A stretch of DNA of 64,000 bases from Acidimicrobiales bacterium (GCA_965207755.1 OZ242297.1:2311406-2375405), one strand, 5' to 3'. Shown: positions 22,667 to 31,996, counted from the stretch's first letter. Program-made: numbers and translations. Notes: a model not told the origin generated them from the sequence alone.

Positions 22667-25600
22667 TCAGGCGGCGTCGGAGACCCGCTCCGACACCACC
22701 ATCGACGAGCCGCCGGGCTTCATCGAGACCCCCTGCAGGCAGTCGGCGGCCTCCATGGTGCGCTTCTGGTGGGTGACGATCACCAGCTGGGCGTCGGAGC
22801 GGAACTCGTCGATGAGGGTCAGGAAGCGGTGCAGGTTCACGTCGTCGAGAGCGGCCTCCACCTCGTCCATCACGTAGAAGGGAGACGGCCGGCTGCGGAA
22901 CACCGCGAACAGGAAGGCCAGCGCGGCCAATGTCCGCTCGCCGCCGGAGAGCAGCGACAACCGCTTCACGTTCTTGCCTGACGGCTTGGCCGAGATCTCG
23001 ATGCCGGTGTCGAGGAGGTCGTCGGGCTCGGTGAGGCTGAGGCGCCCCTCGCCGCCCGGGAACAACGCCTCGAACAGCACCTCGAAGTTGGCGGCCACAT
23101 CGACGAAGGCCGAGCTGAACACCGTCCTGATCTCGCCGTCGATCGAGCGGATCACCCGGTTGAGGTCGCGGCGGGCGGCGCGGATATCGTCCAGTTGGCC
23201 CCTCAGCAGTTCGTGGCGCTCGTAGAGTTCGTCGTACTCGGCCAGAGCCAGAGGATTGACCGGGCCCATGATCTCCAACTCGGCGGCCAGCTGATCCACC
23301 CGCTGTGCGGGGTCGAGCCCGTCGGGCAGCTCCGGCAGCGGCGCGGACACAGCCTCCTGCGGGGTCAGGCCGTGGGTGTCGCGCAGACGCTCGACCGCCG
23401 TCTGCAACCGCGTGCGGAGCTCGGCCTCCTCGACGTCGTGCCGGCTCTCGGTCCCGCGGAGGGTCTCGTAGCGACTCTCGGCATCGGCCTGCCGGCGCCG
23501 CAGGTCGTCGAGGCCCGCAGCCAGCGCCCTGACCTCGTCGGAGTGCCTGCGACGGGCGTCGCGTATCTCGGCGAGCCCGGCGTTCAGTATCCCCGTCCGC
23601 TCCTCCACCGCCCGCCTGAGCGTCTCGAGCACCGTCGCCTCGCGCTCCAGCACGGCCAGACGACGGGCGGACTCGGCCCGGGAGGAGCGGTAGACGGCCA
23701 GCCGCGCCTCCAAGTCTGTGACGCGGGCGCCCAGCATCTGCCGGCGCTGCTCCAACCCGGCGTCGGTGGCGCTCTGGTCGGCCGCCCGGGCCGCCAACTC
23801 CGACGCACGCCGGTCGAGGCCGGCTCGCTCCTCGTCCGCCCGGCGGTTCCGCTGGAGTGCCTGCGCCTCCGCAGCCTCCAGCCCGGGCAGGCGGGACTCG
23901 ATCTCTGCGACCCGCGAGACGGCCTCCCCCAGCCGGCGGGAGGTCTCCGCCAAGTGGTCGCGCAGGGCACTGGCGGCGGTGCGGAGGTCGCGCCGGTCGG
24001 ACTCGGCGCGACCGACGGCGCCGGCCGACGAAGACGCGGCTAGCTCGGACGCGGCCAGCCGGCGGCCGAGTTCGTCGACACGCGCCCGACTCTCCCCCAG
24101 CCTGCTCCGGGCCAGACCGCATCCGGCCTCCGCCTGTTCGACGGCCGCCCTCGCAGCCTCGCGCCTCTGGTCCGCCTCCGCCAGCGCGGGCCGGAGCCCG
24201 GCGGCGCCGTGTACGCCGAGCCGCCAGCCTCTGCTGCTCAGCCGGTCGCCGGCCGGTGTGACCACCACGACGCCGGGGTGCCGCATCCACACGTCGGCCG
24301 CGGCGCGCCAGTCGCCGTCGACGAGGACCGTCGAGTCGAGCAGCACGTCCAGCAGGCGGTCCACATCCGGATCGGCGGCCCGCACCCGGCCCCTCAACGG
24401 CGCCAGCCCGAGCCGGGCCACCGGCACGGGCCTCGCGCCGCCGACGCCGCCGGCCTCCAGCGCGATCACCGTCGCGCCGGCGTCGCCGGCCTCCACGCTG
24501 TCGAGCAGGCGGCGCGCCGCGGCGGCGCGCCTCACGACGACGGCGCCGACCGTGTCCCCCGCGGCGGCCGCGAAGGCCGCTTCGAGGCCGGAGTCCACCT
24601 CCACGAGGTCGCCCAGCAGCCCCAGGACGCCATCGGCTGCGCCCTGCACGGCGGCCGGCACCGGCCCGGCGGACTGGTCGAGGGCCATGGCGAGCGCCTC
24701 GCTTCGCGCCGCCCAGTGCCGCAAGTCGCTCTCGGCCGCTGAACGGGCCCCGACGGCGCCCTCCAGGGCGCTCTCGTCGTCGGCCCGAGCCGTTTCCGCC
24801 GCCGCGAGCTCCGCACGGAGGGCGGTGATCCCGTCGCTGCGCTCCTGCTGCTCGCTGCGATGCCGATCAAGCTGGGCGTCCACCTCCTGCAGGCGACGCT
24901 CGGATGCCTCCAAGCGCATGGCGAGACGGTCCCGCTCCGACTCGTTGAGCCCCATCGTCGACTGGAGCGCAGCCAACTCGCCCCTGGCCTCGGACGCATC
25001 GCCGGCCGCGCCCAGGCCGAACCCGCCGTGGCCGCCCCATCGGGCCTCGAAGGCGGCCCGGTCCGCTTCCAGTCGCTCCTTCGTCTCCTCCAGACGGAGG
25101 CGGTCCGTGTCGGCCGCGCCCGCGGACAGCACCACCGCGGAGAGCTCGCTCCGGCTGCGCTCCAGCTCCGCCTGCAGGCCCGCGGCCAGATCGTGGTCGG
25201 CGAGGGCGGCCCTCTGATGCTCGATGCCGCGCCGGCGCTCGACCGCGACCGCAGCCAGCCCCGCCGCCCTGGCCCGCAGGCCCTCGATGCGGGCCAGCCG
25301 CTCGGAATGATCGTCCATCCCGTGGCGGGCCAGCCGCTGCTCGTCGGCGGCAACCCTGACACTGAGAGCGTCGAGCTCGGTCCGCAGGCCGGCTTGCCGT
25401 GTCGCCAGAGCCTCGCTCACGTCCCTGTGGGCGCGCAGCCGCTCCCGCAGATCCGAGATCTCGCAGCCGGCAAGATGCACCCTCAGCACCTCCAGCTCAG
25501 CGAGCAGGCCGGCGTGGCGCCGGGCCGCCTCAGCCTGCTTCTGCAGGGGGCGCAACCGCCGTCGCACCTCCCTCAGCAGGTCGCTCATCCGGGTCAGGTC

Positions 25601-26158
25601 GCCGTCGGTGGCGAGCAGGCGCCGCTCGGCCCGCTCCCGCCTCCTGCGGTACTTGAGGATCCCCGCCGCCTCCTCCACCACCACCCTGCGATCGGTGGGA
25701 CGGGCGTTGAGCACCGCGTCTATCTGGCTCTGCGACACGATCATGTGCTGCTGGCGGCCCACGCCCGTGTCGGACAGCAGCTCGAGGATGTCCAGCAGCC
25801 GGCACGGAGTGCCGTTCAGCCCGTAGGCCGACTCGCCGTTGCGGAACAGGGTGCGGGTTATCCGGACCTCGCTGGCCGCCGAGGGCAGCATGCCGTCGGA
25901 GTTGTCGATGGTGAGCGACACCTCGGCCCGGCCCAGCGGAGGCTTGTGGGCGGTGCCCGCGAAGATCACATCGTCCATCCGTGAGGAGCGGACCGCGCTC
26001 GGCGCCTGGGCGCCCAGGACCCACGCCACCGCGTCCACCACGTTCGACTTGCCGCTGCCGTTGGGCCCGACGACCACGGTGACGCCAGGCTCCAGCCGGA
26101 TGGAGGCCGGCTCGGCGAAGGACTTGAAGCCCTTCAGCGTCAGCGTCTTCAGATGCAC
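22667..26158 (-). CDS. smc: Chromosome segregation protein SMC
   Basis: 1163 aa. MHLKTLTLKGFKSFA...VVGPNGSGKSNVVDA, long coiled coils, a hinge, and C-terminal LSGGERTLAALAFLFAVF...FYVMDEVEAALD. Confidence 0.97.
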   Translation of the reverse strand: MHLKTLTLKGFKSFAEPASIRLEPGVTVVVGPNGSGKSNVVDAVAWVLGAQAPSAVRSSRMDDVIFAGTAHKPPLGRAEVSLTIDNSDGMLPSAASEVRITRTLFRNGESAYGLNGTPCRLLDILELLSDTGVGRQQHMIVSQSQIDAVLNARPTDRRVVVEEAAGILKYRRRRERAERRLLATDGDLTRMSDLLREVRRRLRPLQKQAEAARRHAGLLAELEVLRVHLAGCEISDLRERLRAHRDVSEALATRQAGLRTELDALSVRVAADEQRLARHGMDDHSERLARIEGLRARAAGLAAVAVERRRGIEHQRAALADHDLAAGLQAELERSRSELSAVVLSAGAADTDRLRLEETKERLEADRAAFEARWGGHGGFGLGAAGDASEARGELAALQSTMGLNESERDRLAMRLEASERRLQEVDAQLDRHRSEQQERSDGITALRAELAAAETARADDESALEGAVGARSAAESDLRHWAARSEALAMALDQSAGPVPAAVQGAADGVLGLLGDLVEVDSGLEAAFAAAAGDTVGAVVVRRAAAARRLLDSVEAGDAGATVIALEAGGVGGARPVPVARLGLAPLRGRVRAADPDVDRLLDVLLDSTVLVDGDWRAAADVWMRHPGVVVVTPAGDRLSSRGWRLGVHGAAGLRPALAEADQRREAARAAVEQAEAGCGLARSRLGESRARVDELGRRLAASELAASSSAGAVGRAESDRRDLRTAASALRDHLAETSRRLGEAVSRVAEIESRLPGLEAAEAQALQRNRRADEERAGLDRRASELAARAADQSATDAGLEQRRQMLGARVTDLEARLAVYRSSRAESARRLAVLEREATVLETLRRAVEERTGILNAGLAEIRDARRRHSDEVRALAAGLDDLRRRQADAESRYETLRGTESRHDVEEAELRTRLQTAVERLRDTHGLTPQEAVSAPLPELPDGLDPAQRVDQLAAELEIMGPVNPLALAEYDELYERHELLRGQLDDIRAARRDLNRVIRSIDGEIRTVFSSAFVDVAANFEVLFEALFPGGEGRLSLTEPDDLLDTGIEISAKPSGKNVKRLSLLSGGERTLAALAFLFAVFRSRPSPFYVMDEVEAALDDVNLHRFLTLIDEFRSDAQLVIVTHQKRTMEAADCLQGVSMKPGGSSMVVSERVSDAA

Positions 26159-26279
26159 GGGCGCGACGCTAGTTCCGTGAAGCGCCGCATCCGGGCACCC
26201 CTCGCCCGGCTGGAGGGCTCAGACGACCGCTTTGGCGTGGAGGACGCCGGATGGGGCATCCCTGGCCCGGCTGGCGGGC

Positions 26280-27128
26280 TCAGACCTGGGTGTCGCAATA
26301 GTAGGTCCAGCCGCCGCGGAACTTGGTCCGCTTGATCGGCGCCCTGGACCGCTCGCTCAGCGCGCCGTGCCGGCCCCACACCTTGAGGTGGCCCGCGTAG
26401 CCGCCCGGCTGGCCGAACGGATCCAGGAAGGGGCGGTCCGGCACCGACGTCCCCCGGTACTTCATGGCGTCGTGCATGGTGCCGACCAGCGACCGGTGAA
26501 GGCGGCGGATCTCCTGGGTGGACAGCGTGTTGGCGACCCGGTCGAAGCGCAGCCCCGCCTCGAACAGGATCTCGTCGGCGTAGATGTCGCCGATGCCGAC
26601 CACGAAGCTGTCGTCGGTGATCAGGGGCTTGAGCTTCGTGTTCCTGCGGAGCAGCAGACGGCCCATCTCGGTCCAGGAGATGGGGGTGGCCACCGGATCG
26701 AGGCCGTAGCCCGCCACTTCGGGCACAGCCGACAGGAAGTCATCGGCGGGCACCACGAACATCTGGCCGGTGCCCTCGGTGTCCACGAAGCGAAGCTGGC
26801 CGTACTGGGTGAACGAGATCACCACCTCGGTTCCCGCCACCTCGGGATGCTTGTTGGCGTTGCGGCGAGGAGAGCCAGACGAGCCGAGCGACAGCACGAG
26901 CAGCAACCCGTTGCTCAGCTCGATCACCAGGTAGAGGCCGACCCGCCTCACGTCGGTGATCTTCGCCCCCTCCAGCTGCGAGGTGAAGGCCTTGCGGGTG
27001 TGGTAGCGGCGCAGGCACTTCATGCTCGCCGCCTCCGCCGTCTTGATCTTGCGGGTGACGATCTCACGTTCGAGGTCCCGCCGCACGGTCTCGACTTCCG
27101 GCAGCTCGAAGGAGAGGCCCTTGCTCAT
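26280..27128 (-). CDS. Fpg/Nei-family (H2TH) protein with degenerate catalytic and zinc-finger residues
   Basis: MSKGLSFELPEVETVRRDLE..., GIGDIYADEILFEAGL (H2TH). It lacks the N-terminal Pro, has G in place of the RRxKYL lysine, and its C-terminal end VWGRHGALSERSRAPIKRTKFRGGWTYYCDTQV has one Cys instead of four. Confidence 0.8.
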   Translation of the reverse strand: MSKGLSFELPEVETVRRDLEREIVTRKIKTAEAASMKCLRRYHTRKAFTSQLEGAKITDVRRVGLYLVIELSNGLLLVLSLGSSGSPRRNANKHPEVAGTEVVISFTQYGQLRFVDTEGTGQMFVVPADDFLSAVPEVAGYGLDPVATPISWTEMGRLLLRRNTKLKPLITDDSFVVGIGDIYADEILFEAGLRFDRVANTLSTQEIRRLHRSLVGTMHDAMKYRGTSVPDRPFLDPFGQPGGYAGHLKVWGRHGALSERSRAPIKRTKFRGGWTYYCDTQV

Positions 27129-27213
27129 GGACGGGCCTCTGGTCGCCCGCTCCTGCTCGCTGCGCCCGCGGGCCGCTCCGGCCAAGGCCTCGCCCGGCGC
27201 ATCGCAAGAAACC

Positions 27214-27936
27214 TCATGGACCGCTCCCTACCCGCTCGGCCTCTGAGGCTAGGGCCGAGAAGGCGATCTGGGCCGCCTGCTGCTCGGCGTCCTTCTTGGT
27301 GCTTCCCCTGCCCGTGCCGCTGGCCCGGCCGGCCTGGACCTCGGCCTCGAACGACATCTGGTGCGCGGGCCCGCTGGTGGTCACGTCGTAGGTGGGAGGG
27401 GCGAAACCGAGACGGGCGACCAGCTCCTGGAGCCGTGTCTTGAAGTCGGCATGGCCGGGCGCGGTGGCCTCGGCTTCGAGGCGCGAACCGAGGATCCGGC
27501 CGATCGCTTCGTCGGCCGCGTCGATTCCGCCGTCGAGATACACGGCCCCGATGACCGCCTCCACCGCGTCGGCCAGGATCGACGACTTCAGCCGGCCGCC
27601 GGACGCGGCCTCCCCCCGGCCCAAGCGCAGCAGCCCGCCGATGCCGATCGACCGAGCCACCTCCGCCAGCGTGGCCGAGTTCACAAGCGAGGCACGGGTC
27701 TTGGCCAGGTCGCCTTCGGACCAGTGGCCGAAACGCGAGTAGAGCCTCTGCGTCACCGCGAGGCCCAGGACCGCGTCGCCGAGGAACTCCAGCCGTTCGT
27801 TGGAGGACGACCCCGAGTGCTCAGCGCACCAGGAGCGGTGGGTGAGGGCGAGCTCGAGCAGCGCGGCGTCGCCGAACCGGTGGCCGAGCCGGTCCATGAG
27901 CGCTGCAGCGCCCGCAGGAGCGGTGCGGACCGTCAA
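27214..27936 (-). CDS. rnc: Ribonuclease III
   Basis: ALTHRSWCAE...NERLEFLGDAVLGLAV signature plus a C-terminal dsRBD. Confidence 0.95.
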   Translation of the reverse strand: MTVRTAPAGAAALMDRLGHRFGDAALLELALTHRSWCAEHSGSSSNERLEFLGDAVLGLAVTQRLYSRFGHWSEGDLAKTRASLVNSATLAEVARSIGIGGLLRLGRGEAASGGRLKSSILADAVEAVIGAVYLDGGIDAADEAIGRILGSRLEAEATAPGHADFKTRLQELVARLGFAPPTYDVTTSGPAHQMSFEAEVQAGRASGTGRGSTKKDAEQQAAQIAFSALASEAERVGSGP

Positions 27937-28223
27937 CCCAGCTTCGCTACGACGTAGTCGACGGCATCTCGGACAGAACGCAGGTCCTCCAGGTCCTCGT
28001 CCTCTATGCGAAACCCGACCGCGCGCTCGGCCAACTCCTCCTCGATCCCCTCCACCAGCTCTATGAGCGCCAGCGAATCGGCATCGAGGTCGTCGGCGAA
28101 CGAGGCGCCCTCCGCGATGTCGGAGGGATCGATCTCCAGGATGTCGGCAAGACGGTCCCGAATCAGCGCCAGAACCTCGTCACGCCCCATAGGCGCCTGC
28201 TCAACATGGGTTTCTGCGGGCAT
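27933..28223 (-). CDS. acpP: Acyl carrier protein (start could also be the internal Met at 28190)
   Basis: LDADSLALIELVEGIEEE contains the DSL phosphopantetheine attachment site. About 96 aa, acidic. Confidence 0.9.
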   Translation of the reverse strand: MPAETHVEQAPMGRDEVLALIRDRLADILEIDPSDIAEGASFADDLDADSLALIELVEGIEEELAERAVGFRIEDEDLEDLRSVRDAVDYVVAKLG

Positions 28224-28264
28224 CGGCGCCTCCGTGCGTCGCTCCGTCGATGCAGCCGACAACC

Positions 28265-29287
28265 TTATCGTTGGGGAGTCGACCAGCCTCCGGCACCCGG
28301 CTGTCCGCGGGCGACGGCCGCGATGTGGTCCACCATGCCCGCGGCGACCATCTCCCGGGCCACCCTGATGGCGTTCATCACTGCGGCGGCGCCGCTGGCG
28401 CCGTGCGAGATCACGCAGACGCCCCGAACCCCCAGCAGCAGCGCGCCGCCGACGCCGTCGGGATGCAGCTCCCGCGCCATCTCGTCGAGGGCCGGGGCCA
28501 GCATTCCCCCGGCCCGGCGCGAGGTGTCGTCGGTGTCGATGGCCACCAGCAACCGGCCGAACAGGGCCCGCAGCGCCCCCTCCAGCGCCTTGAGGGTCAC
28601 GTTGCCGGTGAAGCCGTCGGTCACGACCACGTCGACGGTGGGGGTCATGACGTCGCGGCCCTCCACGTTGCCGATCCATTCCGCTCCGACGTCGCCGGCC
28701 CACCGGCCGTTCGAGAGCAGTTCGAACACGGTCTTGGTGAAGTCGTTGCCCTTGCCGGCCTCCTCGCCGATCGACAGCAGGCCCACCCGGGGCTGCTCGA
28801 CGCCGAAGCGGTCGCGGGCGTAGACCGCGCCCATCCGGGCGAACTGCACGAGCCACTCCGGGCGGCACTCCGCGTTGGCGCCCGCGTCGAGCAAGGTGGT
28901 GGGGCTGGCTCCCGGGGTGGGGATCGGCGTGGCGATGGCCGGGCGGGCTATGCCGCGAATGCGGCCCATGCGCAGCAGCGCCGAGCCCATGGCCGCGCCG
29001 GTGTTGCCTGCCGACACCATCGCCGAAGCCCGTCCGTCCCGCACCGCCTCGGCCGCCCGCACGAGCGACGAATCCTTCATCGTGCGCACGCTCGATCCCG
29101 GCTCCGCGTCCATCGGGATCACCTCGGAGGCCCCTATCACCTCCAGGCCGCCGGTGTCGCCCAACTCGTCGGGCCGACCCACCAGCACCACCGGGATCCC
29201 CAGCTCGTCGGCGGCGCGCCGGGCGCCGGCCACGATCTCCGCAGGGGCGCGATCGCCCCCCATGGCGTCAACCGCTACCGGTTCCAC
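28265..29287 (-). CDS. plsX: Phosphate acyltransferase PlsX
   Basis: MEPVAVDAMGGDRAPAEIV... and GNTGA motifs; 340 aa. Confidence 0.95.
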   Translation of the reverse strand: MEPVAVDAMGGDRAPAEIVAGARRAADELGIPVVLVGRPDELGDTGGLEVIGASEVIPMDAEPGSSVRTMKDSSLVRAAEAVRDGRASAMVSAGNTGAAMGSALLRMGRIRGIARPAIATPIPTPGASPTTLLDAGANAECRPEWLVQFARMGAVYARDRFGVEQPRVGLLSIGEEAGKGNDFTKTVFELLSNGRWAGDVGAEWIGNVEGRDVMTPTVDVVVTDGFTGNVTLKALEGALRALFGRLLVAIDTDDTSRRAGGMLAPALDEMARELHPDGVGGALLLGVRGVCVISHGASGAAAVMNAIRVAREMVAAGMVDHIAAVARGQPGAGGWSTPQR

Positions 29288-29376
29288 GGAGGTTCAGACC
29301 ATTCGACGCCGACAAAAGTTCCATCCCTGCCCCCGAGGCCTGAAACACGACTGCGAGCCAGCGTTCCAGAGGCCGG

Positions 29377-29556
29377 CTACTCGACGTCTATGGCCTGCCG
29401 GTCGTGGTACCACCCGCAGTTGGCGCACACGCGGTGGGGACGCTTGACGGCGCCGCAGCGGCTGCATGCGCTGCGGCCGCCGGGACGGATCCGCCACGCG
29501 GACGCCCTTCGGCTGCGGCCCTTCGCCTTTGAGGTCTTCTTCTTGGGGACAGCCAT
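29377..29556 (-). CDS. rpmF: 50S ribosomal protein L32
   Basis: MAVPKKKTSKAKGRSRRASAW... with a CxxC...CxxC zinc ribbon. Confidence 0.95.
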   Translation of the reverse strand: MAVPKKKTSKAKGRSRRASAWRIRPGGRSACSRCGAVKRPHRVCANCGWYHDRQAIDVE

Positions 29557-29632
29557 GGGGGATCCTGATCTTCGGCGGCCGATCGGACAATCGGACAACC
29601 CGGCCCGGCAGCCTACCGGGGAGCTGTGGGGC

Positions 29633-30079
29633 CTACACGCCGCCGCCGGCTGTGAAGTCGGCCGCCGCCGGCCCGGTCGGGAACCGGCCCGGAACCGGTC
29701 CCGCGCAGTCCTCGGAGCACAGGGGCGCCAGCGGCAGGGCCAGCACGGCGGCCTCGCGGGCCGCGGGCGCCAGATCGATGCGATGATCGTCGATCGGCCA
29801 GGTCTCACCCTCGGTCGGTTCCCATTCGAACACCTCCTGCAGCGGCGCCTCCAGGGGGCCCCTCACCTCCTCCAGGCAGCGGCGGCACTCCGCGGCCCAC
29901 ACCCCAACTACCCGCCCGTCCGCCACAAGGGACCCTCCGGCCGCTCGTACCACTGCCTCCAGGCGCACGGCGCCGTCCACCACCAGAGCCCCCGGGACGC
30001 CGGGCTCGTGCAGGATGCACTCGTCGTCGACCTCGATGCGGTCGACCGAGCCGGCGTCGAGCCGCACACAGTCCACCAC
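29633..30079 (-). CDS. yceD: YceD/DUF177-family protein (start set at the GTG at 30079, downstream of the 43-bp repeat array)
   Basis: WAAECRRCLEEV...PLAPLCSEDCAG is the typical DUF177 Cys pattern. Conserved position upstream of rpmF. The track start at 30163 lies inside a non-triplet tandem repeat. Confidence 0.8.
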   Translation of the reverse strand: MVDCVRLDAGSVDRIEVDDECILHEPGVPGALVVDGAVRLEAVVRAAGGSLVADGRVVGVWAAECRRCLEEVRGPLEAPLQEVFEWEPTEGETWPIDDHRIDLAPAAREAAVLALPLAPLCSEDCAGPVPGRFPTGPAAADFTAGGGV

Positions 30080-30097
30080 CAGCCGCCGCCGAGTGGG

Positions 30098-30264
30098 CCG
30101 CTCCTGCCCGCTGCGCTCACGGGCCGCTCGGGCCGTGAAGCCGCTCCTGCCCGCTGCGCTCACGGGCCGCTCGGGCCGTGAGGCCGCTCCTGCCCGCTGC
30201 GCTCACGGGCCGCTCGGGCCGTGAGGCCGCTCCTGCCCGCTGCGCTCACGGGCCGCTCGGGCCC
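30098..30264. repeat. 43-bp tandem repeat, about 3.9 copies; each unit carries a hairpin CTCACGGGCC-GCTC-GGGCCGTGAG
   Basis: Units start at 30098, 30141, 30184 and 30227. They are nearly identical and directly abutting. The period is not a multiple of 3. Confidence 0.9.
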
Positions 30265-30295
30265 AAGGGGCTCGTACGCTCGGCGTCTGGTTCGT

Positions 30296-30880
30296 TCAAC
30301 CCATGTCCTGGTCGAATATGTCGTCGTCGGGCTCGGCAGGCGCGGGCGCCGGCGCCGGGCGCGGCAACCGGGTGTCCTGGAGTCGCTGGCGCCCCGTCGA
30401 CACGGCGGTGGCCGTCTTGTGCAGCATCGCCTCGAAGGCCGCCAGCCGCTGGTCGCACCAGTCCTCGGTCTCGAGCTTCATCCTCCTGGCCCGCTCCTCG
30501 GCCTCGTCGACCGTCCGCCTCGCCCGCATCTCGGCGGCCTTGACGACCTCGCTGCGCTGGACCATCTGCTCCGCACGGGCCCGGGCCGCCGCGATGATGT
30601 CCTCGCCCTCTCTCTGCGTGCGGAGCCGGATGTCGTCGCGCTCCTTCAGCATCCAACGAGCAGCCCGCAACTCCTCGGGAAGGGCCGCGAACGCCTTCTG
30701 CAGTATCCCCAGCAGCTCCTCGCCGTTGATCATCACCGAGGTCGAGAACGGCATCGGCCGCGACCTCTCCACCATCCGGACGGCCTGGGCGAGCAACTGC
30801 TCCACGGCCAGCCGTCGAGCCTCGGACGAACTCTCGGCCGATCCCGTCCCCGCAGGCGGGACCAGGTCGCTCGTACTCAT
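30296..30880 (-). CDS. Coiled-coil protein (DivIVA/ATP-synthase-B-like), conserved between coaD and DUF177 in actinobacteria
   Basis: The ATG at 30880 (ATGA overlap with the coaD stop) gives MSTSDLVPPAG... Also a charged heptad-rich region ...AARARAEQMVQRSEVVKAAEMRARRTVDEAEERARRMKLETEDW. Confidence 0.7.
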   Translation of the reverse strand: MSTSDLVPPAGTGSAESSSEARRLAVEQLLAQAVRMVERSRPMPFSTSVMINGEELLGILQKAFAALPEELRAARWMLKERDDIRLRTQREGEDIIAAARARAEQMVQRSEVVKAAEMRARRTVDEAEERARRMKLETEDWCDQRLAAFEAMLHKTATAVSTGRQRLQDTRLPRPAPAPAPAEPDDDIFDQDMG

Positions 30881-31368
30881 CGCTCCCGGTCGGCCTCTAC
30901 GCGACCGGCCAGCCGGACCTGCACCGGCTCGGGCACCATCGACGACACGTCCCCACCCAGGCGGACGACCTCCCGGATCAGCTTGGAGGCCACGAACGAC
31001 CGCTTGCTGGCCGAGGGGATGAAGATCGTCTGCACCCCGGCGAGGGCGTGGTTCATCTGCGCCATCTGAAGCTCGTTCTCGAAGTCGGACACTGCTCGCA
31101 GCCCCTTCACGATGAAGTCGGCCTCGACCTCCCGGGCCAGATTGACCACCAGGTTGGAGAACATCGCCACCGAGACATTGGGAAGATGGGCGACACACTC
31201 CTTGAGCAGCTGCTCGCGCTCGTGCAGGCTGAACAGGCCCTCCCCCTTCTGCGGGTTGCGCGTGGCCGCCACCACCACTTCGTCGAAGAGCTGGGCGATC
31301 GTCTCGATGATCTCGAGATGGCCGTCGTGGATCGGGTCGAAGGATCCGGGGTAGAGCACACGGGTCAC
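30877..31368 (-). CDS. coaD: Phosphopantetheine adenylyltransferase
   Basis: MTRVLYPGSFDPIHDGHLEII (T/HxGH motif); 163 aa. Confidence 0.95.
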   Translation of the reverse strand: MTRVLYPGSFDPIHDGHLEIIETIAQLFDEVVVAATRNPQKGEGLFSLHEREQLLKECVAHLPNVSVAMFSNLVVNLAREVEADFIVKGLRAVSDFENELQMAQMNHALAGVQTIFIPSASKRSFVASKLIREVVRLGGDVSSMVPEPVQVRLAGRVEADRER

Positions 31369-31922
31369 TGATCGGCTCCAGTTCCGCTCGGCCTCTCGGC
31401 AGCTCTTGCGAACGTCACCACGGTACCGCCGTGACGCCTGCGATGGTGGATGGCAAAGCGGGGTCCCACATCCACCGGACGATCCGACTCGGCCACGACC
31501 AGTCGGGCCGGCACCCGCGACAGCAGCTGCGGCCAGTCGTCGAAGGCGTACGGCGGGTCCGCCAGAGCGACGTCGAAGCGGTGCCGAGCCAGCTCGTCGA
31601 GGGCGGCATCGACGGCGGCGACCATCACCGTCGCGCCTGCAGCCAGGCCGGTCGACTCGAGGTTGCGCCGCAGCAGCGAGGCCACGGCCGGGTCGCGCTC
31701 CACGAACGTCGCGGCGGACGCGCCGCGGCTCAGCGCCTCGATCCCCAGCGCGCCGGTTCCGGCGAAGAGGTCGAGCACGCTGGCTCCCTCGACGGCGCCG
31801 AGGGAGCAGAGCGAGTTGAACACCGCCTCGCGCACCCGGTCGGGGGTGGGGCGGGTTACGCCGCCCGCCGGCGCTTGCAGCCGGCGGCGCTTGGCCGACC
31901 CCGCCACGACACGGATGCTCAC
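31365..31922 (-). CDS. rsmD: 16S rRNA (guanine966-N2)-methyltransferase RsmD
   Basis: RPTPDRVREAVFNSL, LDLFAGTGALGIEALSRGA and DPPY motifs. Confidence 0.9.
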   Translation of the reverse strand: MSIRVVAGSAKRRRLQAPAGGVTRPTPDRVREAVFNSLCSLGAVEGASVLDLFAGTGALGIEALSRGASAATFVERDPAVASLLRRNLESTGLAAGATVMVAAVDAALDELARHRFDVALADPPYAFDDWPQLLSRVPARLVVAESDRPVDVGPRFAIHHRRRHGGTVVTFARAAERPSGTGADQ

Positions 31923-31949
31923 GATCGTCGGCCCAACTCCGTCTTCATC

Positions 31950-31996
31950 GAATTGGCAGCATTATGGCCCCATAGCGTGCATAACGCTGCCAATTC
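31950..31996. repeat. REP-like palindrome, family 1 (GAATTGGCAGC-N25-GCTGCCAATTC)
   Basis: Perfect 11-bp terminal inverted repeats. Intergenic, between recG and rsmD. Confidence 0.85.

Noticed and set aside
21090-24290. 1066-aa ORF extending htrA far upstream
   Set aside because: The N-terminal 600 aa or so are Arg/Gly/Pro junk that overlaps the 3' part of smc in a different frame. The protease, with its own TM anchor, starts at the ATG at 22481.
30098-30264. 43-bp repeats as a possible CRISPR array
   Set aside because: The repeats are head-to-tail without spacers, and no cas genes are present. This is a plain tandem repeat or hairpin array.
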